64,000 nt of DNA from Chrysemys picta bellii (taxonomy: Eukaryota), in contig NC_088802.1 of assembly GCF_011386835.1 (NCBI RefSeq), positions 496,001 to 560,000 on the forward strand. Direction: 5' to 3'. The position numbers and the translations under genes were made by a program. Positions 11,761 to 24,999 of the stretch are shown one piece after another. Each line of letters starts with the position of its first letter. Within the stretch, counting starts at the first letter, position 1. The notes below the pieces were generated by a model. That model was not told the origin of the DNA. It was given only the letters and a program-made list of their open reading frames with translations, and ran no database searches.

Positions 11761-13859
11761 TGAACCCTGCAGCTGGGTGCCTGCCGGCGCCACCTGGGGG
11801 CAGGGAATCTCACAGCGCTGCAGGCCAGGATTTCTGCCAGAGGGGTTCCCCTAGCAACTGTAGCCAAGCACCCATGCGTGGCTGCAACTCAGTTGAGCTG
11901 CTTATTATGGGATGGTTCTTCTTGCCTCCTTGGCACGGCACCAGACAGCATTTGTGGGGGGACACACACTGGAATGTAGCAGGCTGCAGAAACTGGGAGT
12001 GGAGACCCCAATCCCTCCATACCAGCCAGCATCCCCCTCCATAATCCTCCCCACACAGACACCTCCCATTTCCTCCTTCCCCATACAGAGACATCCCAAC
12101 CCACCCCACACCAGCCAATCTCACCCTCCCAAATCCCCCATGCCATGAGTCCCCCATCCCCCACAACCTGGCCAGCACCCCTTCCCCCATACAGAGACTC
12201 CCCCCACTCCATCCCACACCAGTCACCACCTCCTCCCCAATACCCTCATACAAAGACCCCCCAATCCTCCCCACAGCCAATGCCACCCAGCACCCCCTTC
12301 CCCCATACAGAGCTCCCCCTCTCCAACCCCACCCTATCTTCCCCTACAGGCAGGGAGTTTAGGATGGGTACACATAGCCTGCAGCATGGGAAATGCAGGG
12401 ACAATTTTTCTGGGGGAAGCAATAAGGCCCAGTGGAACATACCCTGGGGGCAAAGGAGGGGTGGGTTCACCCAGAAGGAGCACTGGGTTAAAGTGAGTAC
12501 AGAGGGGACAGACCTAACCCCCCCATCCACCCCCCCACAGCTGCCCCATCTCAAAGCTGTCTTGTTCTGAGAGCAGGAGCTCCACCCAGTGGGGACCGGG
12601 AGATGCTGCATATTCAACTTGCCCCTGCCCTTACTGTGTAAAGAGGGACCCAGTGCACCTGACCTCATGCCCCTCCCCAGAATCCAGGAGTGTCTCATTA
12701 CAAGATCTGCTTGGATCAGCTGCTGTGGAGTGTTTGAATTACTTACCAAGGATCTGCTGGTAGATCTTCTAGTGAATTCCCTCCCCCGTCCCATTGGTTT
12801 AATCACAGGACCGTGGAGATATGTTTCACTGAGATTCCCTGGGGTCGGGTGCTACGGTTCATGTTTCACAATGGGATGTTCAGGTACTATGGGCCTGCTT
12901 CACGTTAGGATCTACAGAGAATTACTGTTCTCTTATGGATCTGTTGGGCTCAACAGTGGTCAGAGCACATCACGGTGGGATCAAGTAGAGCCATGTGTCT
13001 GTGTGATCTTGAGGTCATTAGGTGCCACAGGCACGTGTCTCTGAATCTAATGGGCACCAGGTGCAGAGGGGAGAGTGTCTTTCGGATCACATGCCACAGA
13101 GCATGTTGGTTGTGGGATCTAGTGGGGCTCATGAGGGAAGTCTCTGTTGATCTTGTGGGGACAGGGGACTGCGAGGCACGTGTACCTGTAAGATCTCAGG
13201 GGATCAGGCATGGAGGGGAGGTGTCACTTGGGAACTGGGCACTGCAAGGTGAATATTTCTGTGGGATCTAGGTGATGTTTGCTGTAGAATCTATTGGGAG
13301 CAGACACCTGGGGTGCATGTCTCTGTGGGATTTACTGGGAATCAGGCACCACAGAGCAGGTTGGTGGTGAGATCTAGTTGGATCATGAGGCAAGTATATG
13401 TGGGATCTATTTGTGGAACATGTGTCTGGGGGATTGGTTGGATTGGGCATATATTTCTGTATTTGCATGGGGAATGGGTGCTGGGGTGCGAGGAGTAGTG
13501 ACCGCAGACCATGCACATCTGTGGGAGCTACTTGGAATTGGGTGCCATGGGGCACACGTGTCCCTGCAGGATCAAGTGGGTTCATCCCTGTAGGGTGCTG
13601 GCTGGCCATGCCCTACTGTAGCCTGTCCCAGTCCCCACTCACCCCACGCCACACCCCCGACTTCTTCACCTCATGCAGTGCCGCAACCCCCACTTCTCCA
13701 CCCAGTGGCCCCCCCAAGTCCTCACCCCATGCTGCAACTACCAGTTCTCTACCCCGTGCCCCCCCGAGTCCTCACCCCACGCTGTGACCCCCACTTCTCC
13801 ACCCCGTGCCCCCCACAGTGCAGCGCCCCCACCCTCCAGTCCTTGCCCCCCTGCCGTAC

Positions 13860-16800
13860 CGTGCTCGGGCCGCCCCTCCACAGGGACGCTGACCGTGCGG
13901 CGCAGCAGCTTGGTCCGGCAGGGTTCGCTTCGCCGTTCCCTCATCAGCAACGGGTGGATCTGGAGATGGGGGAGGGGAGAGACGGGGGTTAGTGTTGCAT
14001 GGGGGCACCCCCTCTTTAACTTCCAACACCCCATCCCTCAGGTCCCTGCCTCCCCCATTGCCCCCCAGTTGCCTGTGTCAGGGAAGGAGTGCACAGAGCG
14101 ACAATCCTCAACCCTTGAGGCTGTCCCAGGTGTGGCTTTATCCTGGGGGGGGGACCCAGCCGGGGATGGTACAGCATTATCCCAGGGGACCAAGAGGGAG
14201 CAGGCTGCACAGCACCCCAGCACCAGGACTGCAGCCTCCCCCCCAAGACGGGTTCAGAAGAAGCCCTGCCCCAAGCTCAGGGGCAGGGGACACTGCGTCA
14301 TATTCTAGGGAGACCTCTCAGCTGGGGCAGGTCTGGGGCCAGGAGGGAAGTGAGAGCTCTGGGTGAGGGGAAGGGTCGCTCTGTGCTTGAGAGACAGGGG
14401 AGGGGGTGCTCCAGGAGGGGAGGGCAGGGGGGAGGGGATCTCTGCTCTCGGTGGGTGGGGGGTCCCTCTGGGGTCCCCGCAAGCTCCATGCTCTCCCTCA
14501 GCTGTATGTCCTGCCCCATCCCTGTGTGTCTCACCTCGTCCTCGTCTAGCATAAGCAGCTGGTTTCCAGAGATGATGCAGAATCGTGGATTCCAGGCTGG
14601 GCGTTCATAGGGAGAGTGCATATAGGGCATGCGGTGCATGGGGGCTCCTCGCACATCTGGGAAGGGGGAGAGGGGGTTAGAGATGATGCAATAGGGAGTG
14701 GTGTCTTCCCGGGCAGACAGAACCCTCCTTCCCTCCCCACACATGCCCCTCCCTCATCGCAAGCACCTCTCCATCCATCTCATCCCAAGCACACCCATCC
14801 CACACCACTCCCACCCTCCTCACCCATGGGCATGCTTCCATCCACACCCCGCCCCCCAAGCATATCCCTCTATCCATCCCTCTCACATCTCTCTCTCATT
14901 ACCACGCTCCCCACTACCACTGTGGGGCATCAGGGACAGAACTGACCCACTGGGCCAAGGTGAGGAATGACCAGGTCACAGTCGCACTCATGGCTGGGCT
15001 CCGCTCCCCTCCTGTACCCCACTTCCAGCCCAGCCCAGCGGGACCAGACCTCAGAGCTCTGTCTAACCCGGTCTTCTCCACCTCTTCACTCCCAGCCCAG
15101 TGTCCCGATTTCTCCCATTAGCCCGAGTCTAGCCACGCCCAGTCCCATTGCAGCTGGTGCCATAGCCCCAGGGAGGACTGTCCTAGGATAACCTCATGAT
15201 AGGAGACGTTCTCTCCCAGTCCCCAGTCATTGGGGTCAGCTCACGCTCTGAAGCAGCAGGGTTTTGACACCCCGATCCCGTTTCAATAACTCTGCCCATG
15301 GAACCAACAGTCCACACAGGAAGATGCTGAAGACCCCAGAACAGCACCTAGAACAGTGGTTCTCAAACTTTTGTACTGGTGACCCCTTTCACATAGCAAG
15401 CCTCTGTGTGTGACCCCCCCTTATAAATTAAAAACACCTTTTTACATATTTAACACCATTATAAATGCTGGAGGCAAAGCGGGGTTTGGGGTGGAGGCTG
15501 GCAGCTCATGACACCCCCCCCCATGTGACCCACTGAGGGGTCCAGATCCCCAGTTTGAGAACCCCTGACTTAGAACTTTGATATACCCTTCTCCAGGAAG
15601 GAGAAACCATAGATCATCCCCAAGCCAGATTACACCTCCCCCGGCTCCTGGCACAGAAAGTTCACCCCAGGCTAACTCTCCCACTCAACTCTTGCCAAGG
15701 GCTGGATCACTAGCCACAAACTGATTCAAAGGCAGAGAGTCCAGAAAGGACCAGCCAGTCATGTAGTTTGACCTCCTGTCAAGCACAGCCAGAGAACAAC
15801 ACTCCGGCACACCTGTACTGACCCCAAGAACCTGAGTCTGGCTACAGCATCTCCCAGAGAGGATTGGATGCCCTCAGGAGACAGAGAGCCCATCCCCTCC
15901 CTTGTGTTAATCCCCCCCTGTTAAACAAACTGAGCCTTAATTCCAACTGGAATTTATCTGGCTTCAGCTTCCAGCCAGTGGTGGTTCTTCTCCCTTTCTC
16001 TGCTAGGTTAAAGAGTCCAGGTATTTTCGCCACGTGAGGGCCCTTACACCCTGCAATCAAGTCACCTCTCAGTCGCCTTCCTTTGATCAGCTGAAGAGAT
16101 AATGCCTGGTTAGCTGCTTGCTCGCCATCAGCGTCAGGCATGGTCTCCAGCCTTACAGATCTGTTCTGCGGCCTCTCCCATTCTTTCACAACCTTTTAAA
16201 GCATGCGGGCACTACAACTGGCTGCAGTGTTCATCATCCGTCTCTTCAGTGCTGTCCGCAGAGGTAAGGTCACCTCCCCACTTCCTTGTTTAGACAGGCA
16301 AGGATCATGCCACAGGCTCATTCTGGGAGCTCATGTGGAGACTGGGTCTTAATATTGTCAATGCCAGGGGTTCAGAATCCACATGCCAGGCCCCCCAAGT
16401 CATCCCATTGAGTTAATATACCTAGCTTTATACATTTGGGGGTCTGATGTAGTTACATCCCATTTCTGAGCCTGTGGGGTGATGGCTCTGAGCTGATGGC
16501 TCAGAATCTGGTTTTATTTGTATTCAGCACAAGCCAGTTCTCTCCCATAACCCCATGACTGCAGGCTACGTCTTGGCTTAGGCCAGGTCTACACTTAGAC
16601 GGTTTCCCGCTTTACCTCCACCAGTGCTGCGCCTCTGGCTCAGCAAGCGAAATGCACGGCACTGGTGTAAAGTACTTTACCCTGGGAGAACCAAGCCTAC
16701 ACCAGGGCTTTTGCCAGCATACCAATGTCAGCCAAAAATCCTCCTCCCCAATGCACAGAGCCAGGCCAGCAAAGCTGGAAGCACAGGTCAGGCCATGGAC

Positions 16801-19800
16801 TGTCTGGATGATGTGTCCATACAGCACCAGGCACACGAGGGTGCTGGTCCTGGCTGGGGCTCTGGGGTACTGTGTGTGTTATGGTAGCAAGCAGCAGCTG
16901 CGTGGGAAGCCCCATAACCCAAAGCTGGGGGGTGGTGGCTCTAGGGTGACCAGATGTCCCGATTTTATAGGGACAGTCCTGATTTTTGGGTCTTTTTCTT
17001 ATATAGGCTCCTATTACCCCCCATCCCGATTTTTCACACTTGCTGTCTGGTCACCCTCGGTGGCTCACACCAGTGGGAAGCAGAGGAACCATCCCAAGCC
17101 CCAGGGGAAGCAAACGGAGCCAGGGGACTCTAGCACCACAAGCAGCATATAACCCTCCTGCCCCTCCGCAGGGGGCTGCCCCCATCCCAGCACAGACTGG
17201 GGGCGGGGTCTGGAGTCATGGCCTGCCCAAAATCACTCACAGGTGGGGTGGTGTTTGCAGGGCGAGAAGCAAAGGTCTTTTGCAGTACCGTGCTGCCACC
17301 CAGTGGACATAGTTGGACATAGCAGGCTACTGAGCTCACCTTTCTGCAGCCCTTTCCCTCCAAATACACACACAGGAGTGCCCACACTTGCTAAGAAACT
17401 CAGCCTTGTGCCTGCCCCAGCATCGCACGGGGCAGGGGGGCTCCCCCTGAAAACAGCACATAGCCTATGGGAAGGGACACCACGAGTCCTGACTCCTCCC
17501 CACACACCACTCTATCCCTGGCTAGAACCCAGGAGTCCTGGCTCCCAACCCCCGCTGCTCTAACCACCAGAACCCATGTCCCCCCACCCCCCCACCCATG
17601 CAGCTGGGGAGAGGACCCATGAGTCCTGGCTCCCAACTTTCTGCTGCTATCTTGGCAAAGCAGCTGCCACATCCTCCTCTGCAGCTGGTCACATAGAGGC
17701 TAATAACCTACTACTGCTTCCAATTAATCCTTTAGCAACTTGGGAGAGGTCTGTGCTGCAGAGCTAGAAGATTCTGGGGTCAGATCCTGTTGGTGGCTCA
17801 TGCAGGGTGGGATGGGAAGGGGGAATAGTGCGCAAAGACATCATTCCAGACCATGTCAAAATCATAACACATTTGTACAGGGGGACCAAGAGAAGGCTGC
17901 ATGGGATACCTGAATCCTGGAAGTCCCCCCCACTCCCAGTACTGGACTTTGCAACCTGAACACTCCTTTTACCAAGGCAGATAGGGGGCTGGAGGAAAGA
18001 GCATGTGGGGATGGATGGAAGGGTAAGTGTGGGGATGGACAGATGGCTAGAGGTGTGGAGGCAGAGAAGTATGCCTGGGGAAGGATGGAGGGAAAGAAGC
18101 TTGTGCAGGGACAGAGGGCTGGGTCCAGGGAGGGTTGGGAACAAATGGGTGCATGAGGAGGGATGGAGGGTGGGAGACAATCAAGATCCTGCCCAAGTCA
18201 GCATGAGGAGGTTGCAATAACTACTATCCCCGCACTGACCCCGTAGTGCAGGAGTGCCCAGGTGTGCTCACACTCCAATTCCTGCCTTCATGTGTCTGGG
18301 ATTGCTCATGTTTTGATTAAGGTACACTGTGGGTAGGGTGACCAGATAGCAAATGTGAAAAATCGGGACGGGGGTGGGGGGTAATAGGAGCCTATATAAG
18401 AAAAAGACCCCAAAATTGGGTCTGTCCCTATAAAATCGGGACATCTGGTCACCCTAACTGTGGGACACTCAGTGGCAGCAGGCTAAGGGCTGGGAGTGGG
18501 GCCAGGGGGTGTCCAGAGGGCAGAGGAATCCAGCCCTAGGTCAGAGGCCAGGCCTCAATTTCCTGAGAGCCTGCTCTTCCCAGGCCCTAGGGGGGAGGGG
18601 ATTAGATGCCCAGCCATGGGGCAGGGCCAGACCAAGCCATTCTCCTCTTAGTCACCAGCTTAAAGCCACCCCTGGGCAGCAGGGCCCCACTCCTTAGTGC
18701 TTGGTGGGGCTCGGCTCTGGCTGCCATGGCAGGTTCAGCCCTGCTTTGCTCTCATGGCAGGCTCAGTGGAGCGCCCAGGACAGCCTGGGGCATAGCTAGA
18801 ACTGCCCCATGACCCCAGCCCCCAACCAGCTGGAAGATGGTCGCGCTGTGTGGGGCTGTCAGGCTGCAGAGAGATACAGAGAGTGCTGAATCCATATGAT
18901 TCCACACAAAGCTGGATATTAGTGATATGCAAATTATATGCAAATATGCAAATACATAATGCTTCCTTGCTTCAACTGACCTGCCTGCAAAAATGCAAAT
19001 GAGCTCACCACATAATTTGCATAGAATAGCCAAGTAGCCCAAGGACCTAGCCACTCCTAAAAGCTGGTGTCCTTGTTAGCTCCTGGGCACTCCTCCACAC
19101 TGGGGGGGGGGGGGGGGGGGGGAAGAGTCTCACTCAGCACTGGGCCCCCCAGGCCCACATCTCCTGCTCCATCCCCTCAGAATCCCAGCACAGCCCTCTC
19201 CCCCTCCCAGCCCTGGCATCGCAGTGTGGGCTGACTGTCCCATCAGATCTGAGTGTGCCTGGAGATCCGTGCTGGGAAGTGACAGCCCAGGGAGCATGTG
19301 GGAGGGGGGAGCCTGGCAGAGAGAGAGATAGAAGAGACACCCCTCCCCCTCAAAGATACAGATATGGGCCCTTCCCCTGCCCATCCCCAGACTTAACTGG
19401 GGAGAGGATGCCCTACCCCTAAATGGGGAGGGGCCCAGAGTGCCCCCCCAGCACCACCTGCAGCTCACGACACTGCCACGCTCTGGGGATTCAATTCATG
19501 CCAGTCCCCCCGCCCAGGATGAGGGGGGAGGAGGGAGCATCCTCCAATGGGGTTACCTAGCAACCGCATCCCACCACCTCCACACATTGAGTGCAGGGAA
19601 GAGACTGTGGGGGGTATTTCATCCCAGCATCCCCCAAAGCAGGGGTGAGCCCCCAGCTATTCCAACCCTGGCCTTCCCAGCAGGGGGCATGGTGGGGAGT
19701 AGGGCAGGGTGCTGGCAGGGGGGAGCTCCTGGCTATTCCAGCTCCAGCCTCCCCCAGTAAGGGGCACAGTGGGGAGTAGGGCTGGGCACTGGCTGGGGAG

Positions 19801-22800
19801 GGGGAGCTCCCAGCTACTCCAGCCCCAGACTCTCCCAGCAGGGGGTGCTGTGGAGAGTGGGGCAGGGCACTGGCTGGGGCAGGGGGGAGCTCCTGGCTAT
19901 TCCAGTTCCAGCCTCCCCCAGTAGGGGGCACAGTGGGGAGTAGGGCTGGGCACTGGCTGGGGAGGGGGAGCTCCCAGCTACTCCAGCCCCAGCCTCTCCC
20001 AGCAGGGGGCACTGTGGGGAGCAGGTACGGCGGGGCTGGCACCAGTGAGGGGGGTGCTCGTTTTGTGTTTAAAGGCCCTGCTAATCACTGAGCAGAGTGC
20101 TATGTTTATTCCCGCATTCATATTTCTATTTTGGAGCTATAATGAATTATGAGGCAGTTGGGATGGGAGTCTCCAACTCCGACCAGGGTGTCCCCATTCC
20201 TCAGCACAGCGCACACACACACCCCATGTTCTCCTCACCTTTTCCCCAGCCCAGTGCCCCCTGACCTGACCCTGCAGCACAGCACCCCCTGGCACTGCAC
20301 TGGGGCCAGCACTGACAGAGGGGAGATTGTCCCCTACTCCATTCCTGCAGCACTAGTCATGCTAGCCATGGTGGGCTAATCCTAGCCCTGCCTGGGGTCT
20401 CACCTCCCCCCCCCGCACTTGGGGGCCAGACACTGGGGCACCACTTTGGTGAGGGTTACGTGTACCTTGGGCACAATAGGGAGAAGTGTTGGGCCATGGG
20501 GATCAGACAGAGGATGCGACACTCCCTCGGGCCCAGAGCCCAAGGACATGGGGACAGGAGGAGGGTGTTCGGACCCAGGTGTCCGGACAGCAGGAGTTTT
20601 AGGAGCCAGGTGTCAGGGTGCAGAGGGGTTCTGGTGGAACATCTGGACCATACATGTGACGGCACGAGTGGCATGCAAATCCCACCCCCCTGGTGCTTTC
20701 TGGGCCAGCTGGGAAAGTGGGTCACACGGGTCTCCTGGGGATTTGCACCAGCCTCACATCAAGGGCCAGAGCCCCCTAAATGGGGCCAATGCCCCGTACC
20801 TCAGAGTGGGCCCTGACCGTGAGCAGGGGCACACTCCAGCAGGCCGTGGGCTGGGAACAAGTGTGGGGGAGGAGATGAGCTGCACAGAGCAACCCCCAGG
20901 GCCCTCCCTGGATGCTAGGGTCCCAGCAACCAATCTGGATCCAGCCCTAAGAACCCACCAGCCAACACAGACAGCACTTCCCAACCCTGGCTACAGGCAC
21001 CATGTGCTGTTCCCACAGCCATCACAGGTCCCCTCCCCCTCCTGCCCCCCACAGGCCTGGGAAGTGCACCCACTACCCTCTACTGCTCCCCAAACCCCTA
21101 GCTACCCCTACTGCACCCACAGGCCTGGGCAAGGAGCCCCACTACCCCCGAACCCTTAGCTACCCCTATGGCTCCCACAGACCTGGGCAGTGTACCCACT
21201 ACCCTCTACAGCCCCCCACCCCCCTTGCTGCCCCTACTGCCCCACAGGTAGTGGGCTCCTTGCCCAGGCCCTTTACTGCCCCCTGATCCCCTTGCTACCC
21301 TATTGCCCCCATAGATCTAGACAGTGCACCCACTATCCTCTACTGCCCCCAGACCCCCTTGTTCCCCTCACAGCCCTGAACAATGCCCCCCCACCCACAG
21401 CCCTTGGGCAGTGACCCCCCTGCTACCCTCTACTACCCCCTGACACAGCAGACAACAAGCAAGCTCTCCAGATAACCCCAGCACCTCCTCTGTCTCCCCC
21501 CACCCCCAGCTGCTCCCAGGTGTATCAACCCCAAGGTCCACCAGGTAACCCCCCCACACTCTTCCCTCAGAGTCCCCCTGCCCTCTTAATACCTGCCCTG
21601 GGCTACCCCCCACTCCACTTCCAATCCCAGACATTCCCTCTCACGGCTTCTTCAGACCCCACAGGCCCTGAGCAGCCTCCCCATACATTCCCCTCCCCAA
21701 CCCCACTGACCCCTGGGGTAAGCCCACCCACCCAACCACCCTGCAGCCACACCAACCTCTGGGAAACCGCCCCACACACACATCCCCCTCCCCAACCAAG
21801 TCTGACCCTCATACCCCCCAGGCCAGATGATCTCTCCAAGCCCCAAATGACTTCACTGTGAACCCTTCACCATTGTCTCCCCAGAGAACACCCTCATGTT
21901 CCCCACCACTTCCCACCCTCCCCCAACCCCAGAGCCAACTTCCTTTTGCCCTTCCCCACAGACTCCATGAATCCCAGACCCCACAGGTCCCAGGGTACCA
22001 TCCAGTCTCCCCCACCTCCTGCCACCAACACTGCCATACCCTGTCACCCCCCTGACTTCACTGAGCCCAGAGCACACCCCAATGCTGCCACCTCCTGCCC
22101 TAGACAACTGAACCCCAGACTTCACAGGCCCCAGGATACCATCCAGTGCCTCCCATCTCGCCTCCAACTCCCCACTGCCCCACAGGTCCTAGGGCAACCA
22201 CCAGTGCTCTGTCCTGCCTCCCCACCGACCATGGGGCAGCCCCTTCAGGAGAACCCTTCACTCTCTTGGATGGCCCCTCAAGCATACCCCCTGCCACCCC
22301 AAGATGAGCTGGCATCCCTCACTGTTTCCCCAGGCCCCATGTGACCCCTTCATCCCTCATGCTGCATCCAGATGTTCCCCCCCACCCAGTCCTGAGCCCA
22401 CAAGTCCTAGGTGACCTCCCCCCCAACCAAAGAGCCATCCCCAGTCCTGAGCCTGCAGGCCCTGCATGAACCTCCCGACCCAGTGCTCCCTAGAGCCACA
22501 GGCCTCAGATGAGTCCCTTTTATGCCTTTGTTACCTCCCCCAGGCAAACCCCATTCTCCCCCATTGCTCAAACCCCAAAGACCCCAGGACTCCATACACA
22601 CAATCATCCCCTTCTGCCCCCACAGGCCCCAGTCACCTCCCAGTGCCCCCCACCTGCCCCAGGTGAACCAGAGTCTCCTCCCAGCCAGATGGACACCCCA
22701 CATCTCCAGCAGAACCCTGACTCTCCAGCCTGCCCCAGGTGACCCCTCCCATTCCTGCCCAAGTTCCAGTGCCCTGTGTTCCAGATATGGTGCCCCACTC

Positions 22801-23049
22801 CCTCCTTAACCCTGCCTGCCCTGCTCCAGGTGAACCCCTTTTTCCTCTCTGACCCCACAGCCCTCCCCTGCCCCACTCCCAAGCCCAGACCCTGGAAGAA
22901 CCCTTCAGTGCCCTCCCACCTCCCCTAGGTGAGCCTGCCTGTTCCCCCAGGCCCCCTCAGACTCCAGAACCCATAGGCCCCAGCTGTGCCCCCGCTCAAC
23001 CCCAGCTGAACCCACCCCATCCTTTACCTCGAAAGGGGACATAGGACAT
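13860..23049 (-). CDS. SYNGAP1: Synaptic Ras GTPase-activating protein 1, first three coding exons (gene continues beyond coordinate 1)
   Basis: Exons 23049-23028 (MSYVPFR), 14656-14535 ([41 protein letters not shown]), 13959-13860 ([33 protein letters not shown]). All GT-AG with matching phases; strongly similar to the human SynGAP-A N-terminus. Confidence 0.96.
15354..15567. mobile_element. hAT-type MITE (same family as 27850-28071)
   Basis: TIRs CAGTGGTTCTCAAACT / AGTTTGAGAACCCCTG; TSD ACCTAGAA / ACTTAGAA (7/8). Confidence 0.88.
15725..16330 (-). mobile_element. Old CR1 LINE 3' fragment
   Basis: Minus-strand translation [17 protein letters not shown]...[14 protein letters not shown] matches the CR1 ORF2 C-terminus; degenerate. 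Confidence 0.8.
16942..17058. mobile_element. Short hAT-type MITE (TAGGGTGACCAG family)
   Basis: TIR TAGGGTGACCAGA; perfect 8-bp TSD GGTGGCTC. Confidence 0.9.
18334..18456. mobile_element. Short hAT-type MITE, inverted relative to 16942-17058
   Basis: TIR TAGGGTGACCAGAT; perfect 8-bp TSD ACTGTGGG. Confidence 0.92.
18927..19022. promoter_or_regulatory. Homotypic cluster of five octamer (POU) motifs, candidate enhancer
   Basis: ATGCAAAT at 18927, 18938, 18946, 18993 and ATTTGCAT at 19015. Confidence 0.55.
19670..20030. repeat. ~78-bp minisatellite
   Basis: Unit ggggagtagggctgggcactggctggggagggggagctcccagctactccagccccagcctctcccagcagggggcactgt, about 4-5 copies. Confidence 0.85.
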
Positions 23050-23499
23050 GGTTCCTTCAGCCGCTCGCTAGTCCCTGGCGCTTGTCATGGACGAGTCGAG
23101 GGTGGGGGGAGAGAAGCCAACCCAGGAGAAAGTGGTGTGGGGGGAATCCCCAGAGTGGGGAGGAGAAGGAGGGAAAAGGGGTGGGGGGACAAGGACCTCA
23201 GAGTGATCCAGGGAAGAGGACTTAAGAGGAACCAGGAGAGCAGGGGTGGTGGGGGATCCGGGAGACAGGGGTGCAGGGGGTGCCAGGGGAGGGGGTGTCA
23301 GGGGGAACAGGGGGTCGGGGTGCCAGGGGACTAGGGATAGCAGGGTGAAAGGGGATCGGGGGTGCCAGACGACTAGGAAGAGTGGGGTGCAAGGGGGTCG
23401 GGGGAACAGGGGGTTGGGTGACTGGGGAGAGCGGGGTGCAAGGGGGTCGGGGGAACAGGGGGTCAGGAGAGTGGGGTGCAAGGGGGTTGGGGGACGGCA

Positions 23500-23800
23500 G
23501 AAGCAGCCGGGGCGGTGCTGGATGCAGTAGGAGCGGCCAGGCCTGCGGGGGGGCCGCCTCCCACCCACGCTGCCTGGCTGGGCCCCGCCGGGCCCCCGCA
23601 GCCGAGCTCCCCCTCCCCCGCTCGCCGCCGCCGAAGGATGCTGCTGTCGCGGATGCTGGTGCTGAAGCCGCGGCCGCTCCAGCCTCTCACACGGGCCCCG
23701 CGCGCTGCCCACTCTTAAAGGCGGCCGCGCGGCAGCTGCAGTGGGGGTGGGCGCCGCGTGCGGCCGACAGAAAAGGGGGCTGTCGCGTCCCCTTTAAACA
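23500..23800 (-). promoter_or_regulatory. SYNGAP1 main promoter / 5' UTR CpG island
   Basis: CpG-dense block upstream of the start codon at 23049, with TTTAAA at ~23792. Confidence 0.7.
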
Positions 23801-23814
23801 TCGCTCCCCCCACT

Positions 23815-24790
23815 CCTGCCCCCAAAGCTGCCAACCAGCTCTATGGCCCCTGCCCCCCCCACTCCCCAAACCCGACATCCAGCTCTATGGCCCCTTCCCC
23901 CCCCCCGAGACTCCTGCCCCCACGAGCCCCCTGCTCCCCAAACCCTGCCCCCCAGAGCCGCCATCCAGCTCTATGGCCCCTGCCCCCCCCCCCCACTCCC
24001 CAAACCCGACATCCAGCTCTATGGCCCCTTCCCCCCCCCGAGACTCCTGCCCCCACGAGCCCCCTGCTCCCCAAACCCTGCCCCCCAGAGCCGCCATCCA
24101 GCTCTATGGCCCCTGCCCCCCCCACTCCCCAAACCCGCCATCCAGCTCTATGGCCCCTGCCCCCCCCCACTCCCCAAACCCGACATCCAGGTCTATGGCC
24201 CCTTCCCCCCCCGAGACTCCTGCCCCCACGAGCCCCCTGCTCCCCAAACCCTGCCCCCAGAGCCGCCATCCAGCTCTATGGCTTGCCCCCCACCTGAGCC
24301 CCCTGCTCCCATCCAGCTCTATTGACTCCGCCTGCCCCTGAGCCCCCTGCCTCCATCCAGCTCTATGACCACTGCCCCAAAAGCCCCCTGCCCCTATCCA
24401 GCTCTATGGCCCCTGCCCCAAAAGCCCCCATCCAGATCTATGGGCTCCCCCCCAAGACCCCTGCCCCCCAGAGCCCCCAAATCCACAAAGCCGCCATCCA
24501 GCTCTATGGCCCCGGCACCCCCGAACCTCCTACCCTCCAAAGTCCCCATCCAGCTCTATGGCCTCTGCCTGCCCTCGAGCCCCCCGCCCCCATCCAATTC
24601 TATGGCCTTCCCCCCCCCCCCGAGACTCCTGCCCCCACGAGCCCCCTGCTCCCCAAACCCTGCCCCCCAGAGCCCCCATCCAGCTCTATGGCCACTGTCC
24701 CCCAGAACCCCCCGCCCCCATTGAGATCTGTGGCACCTGTCCCCAGTCTAGATCTATGCCCCCCCCCGGAACACCTGACCCCCACCATCC
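23815..24790. repeat. C-rich VNTR upstream of the SYNGAP1 promoter
   Basis: Alternating units ccatccagctctatggcccc / gagactcctgcccccacgagccccctgctccccaaaccctg. Confidence 0.93.
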
Positions 24791-24999
24791 AGATCTATGG
24801 TTCCTGCCCGCTCTCCAGATCTATGGCTCTGGTCTTCCCCCTAGTGCCTCTTGCCCTTCTACCAAATCCAGCCCTGCTCCCAAGTACTCTGTGAGTATTG
24901 TTCCCTCTGCCCACCCCACACCAAACCCTGGCCCCTGGTACTGTGCCAAGCCATCCCCACGTCCCCATGTCTGCTGTTCTGAGTAGAGTGCAGCTGCCT

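Noticed and set aside
1-13859. SYNGAP1 exon 4 homologue (EYHLGRSRRKSV...)
   Set aside because: No matching sequence found by eye; it probably lies left of the window.
19102-19122. 21-nt poly-G run as a regulatory element
   Set aside because: Homopolymer length is unreliable in this assembly and similar runs are common in the window.
23068-23712. 214-aa ORF in frame with SYNGAP1 as an N-terminal extension
   Set aside because: GTG start, low-complexity content, and a TAG six codons before the real ATG.
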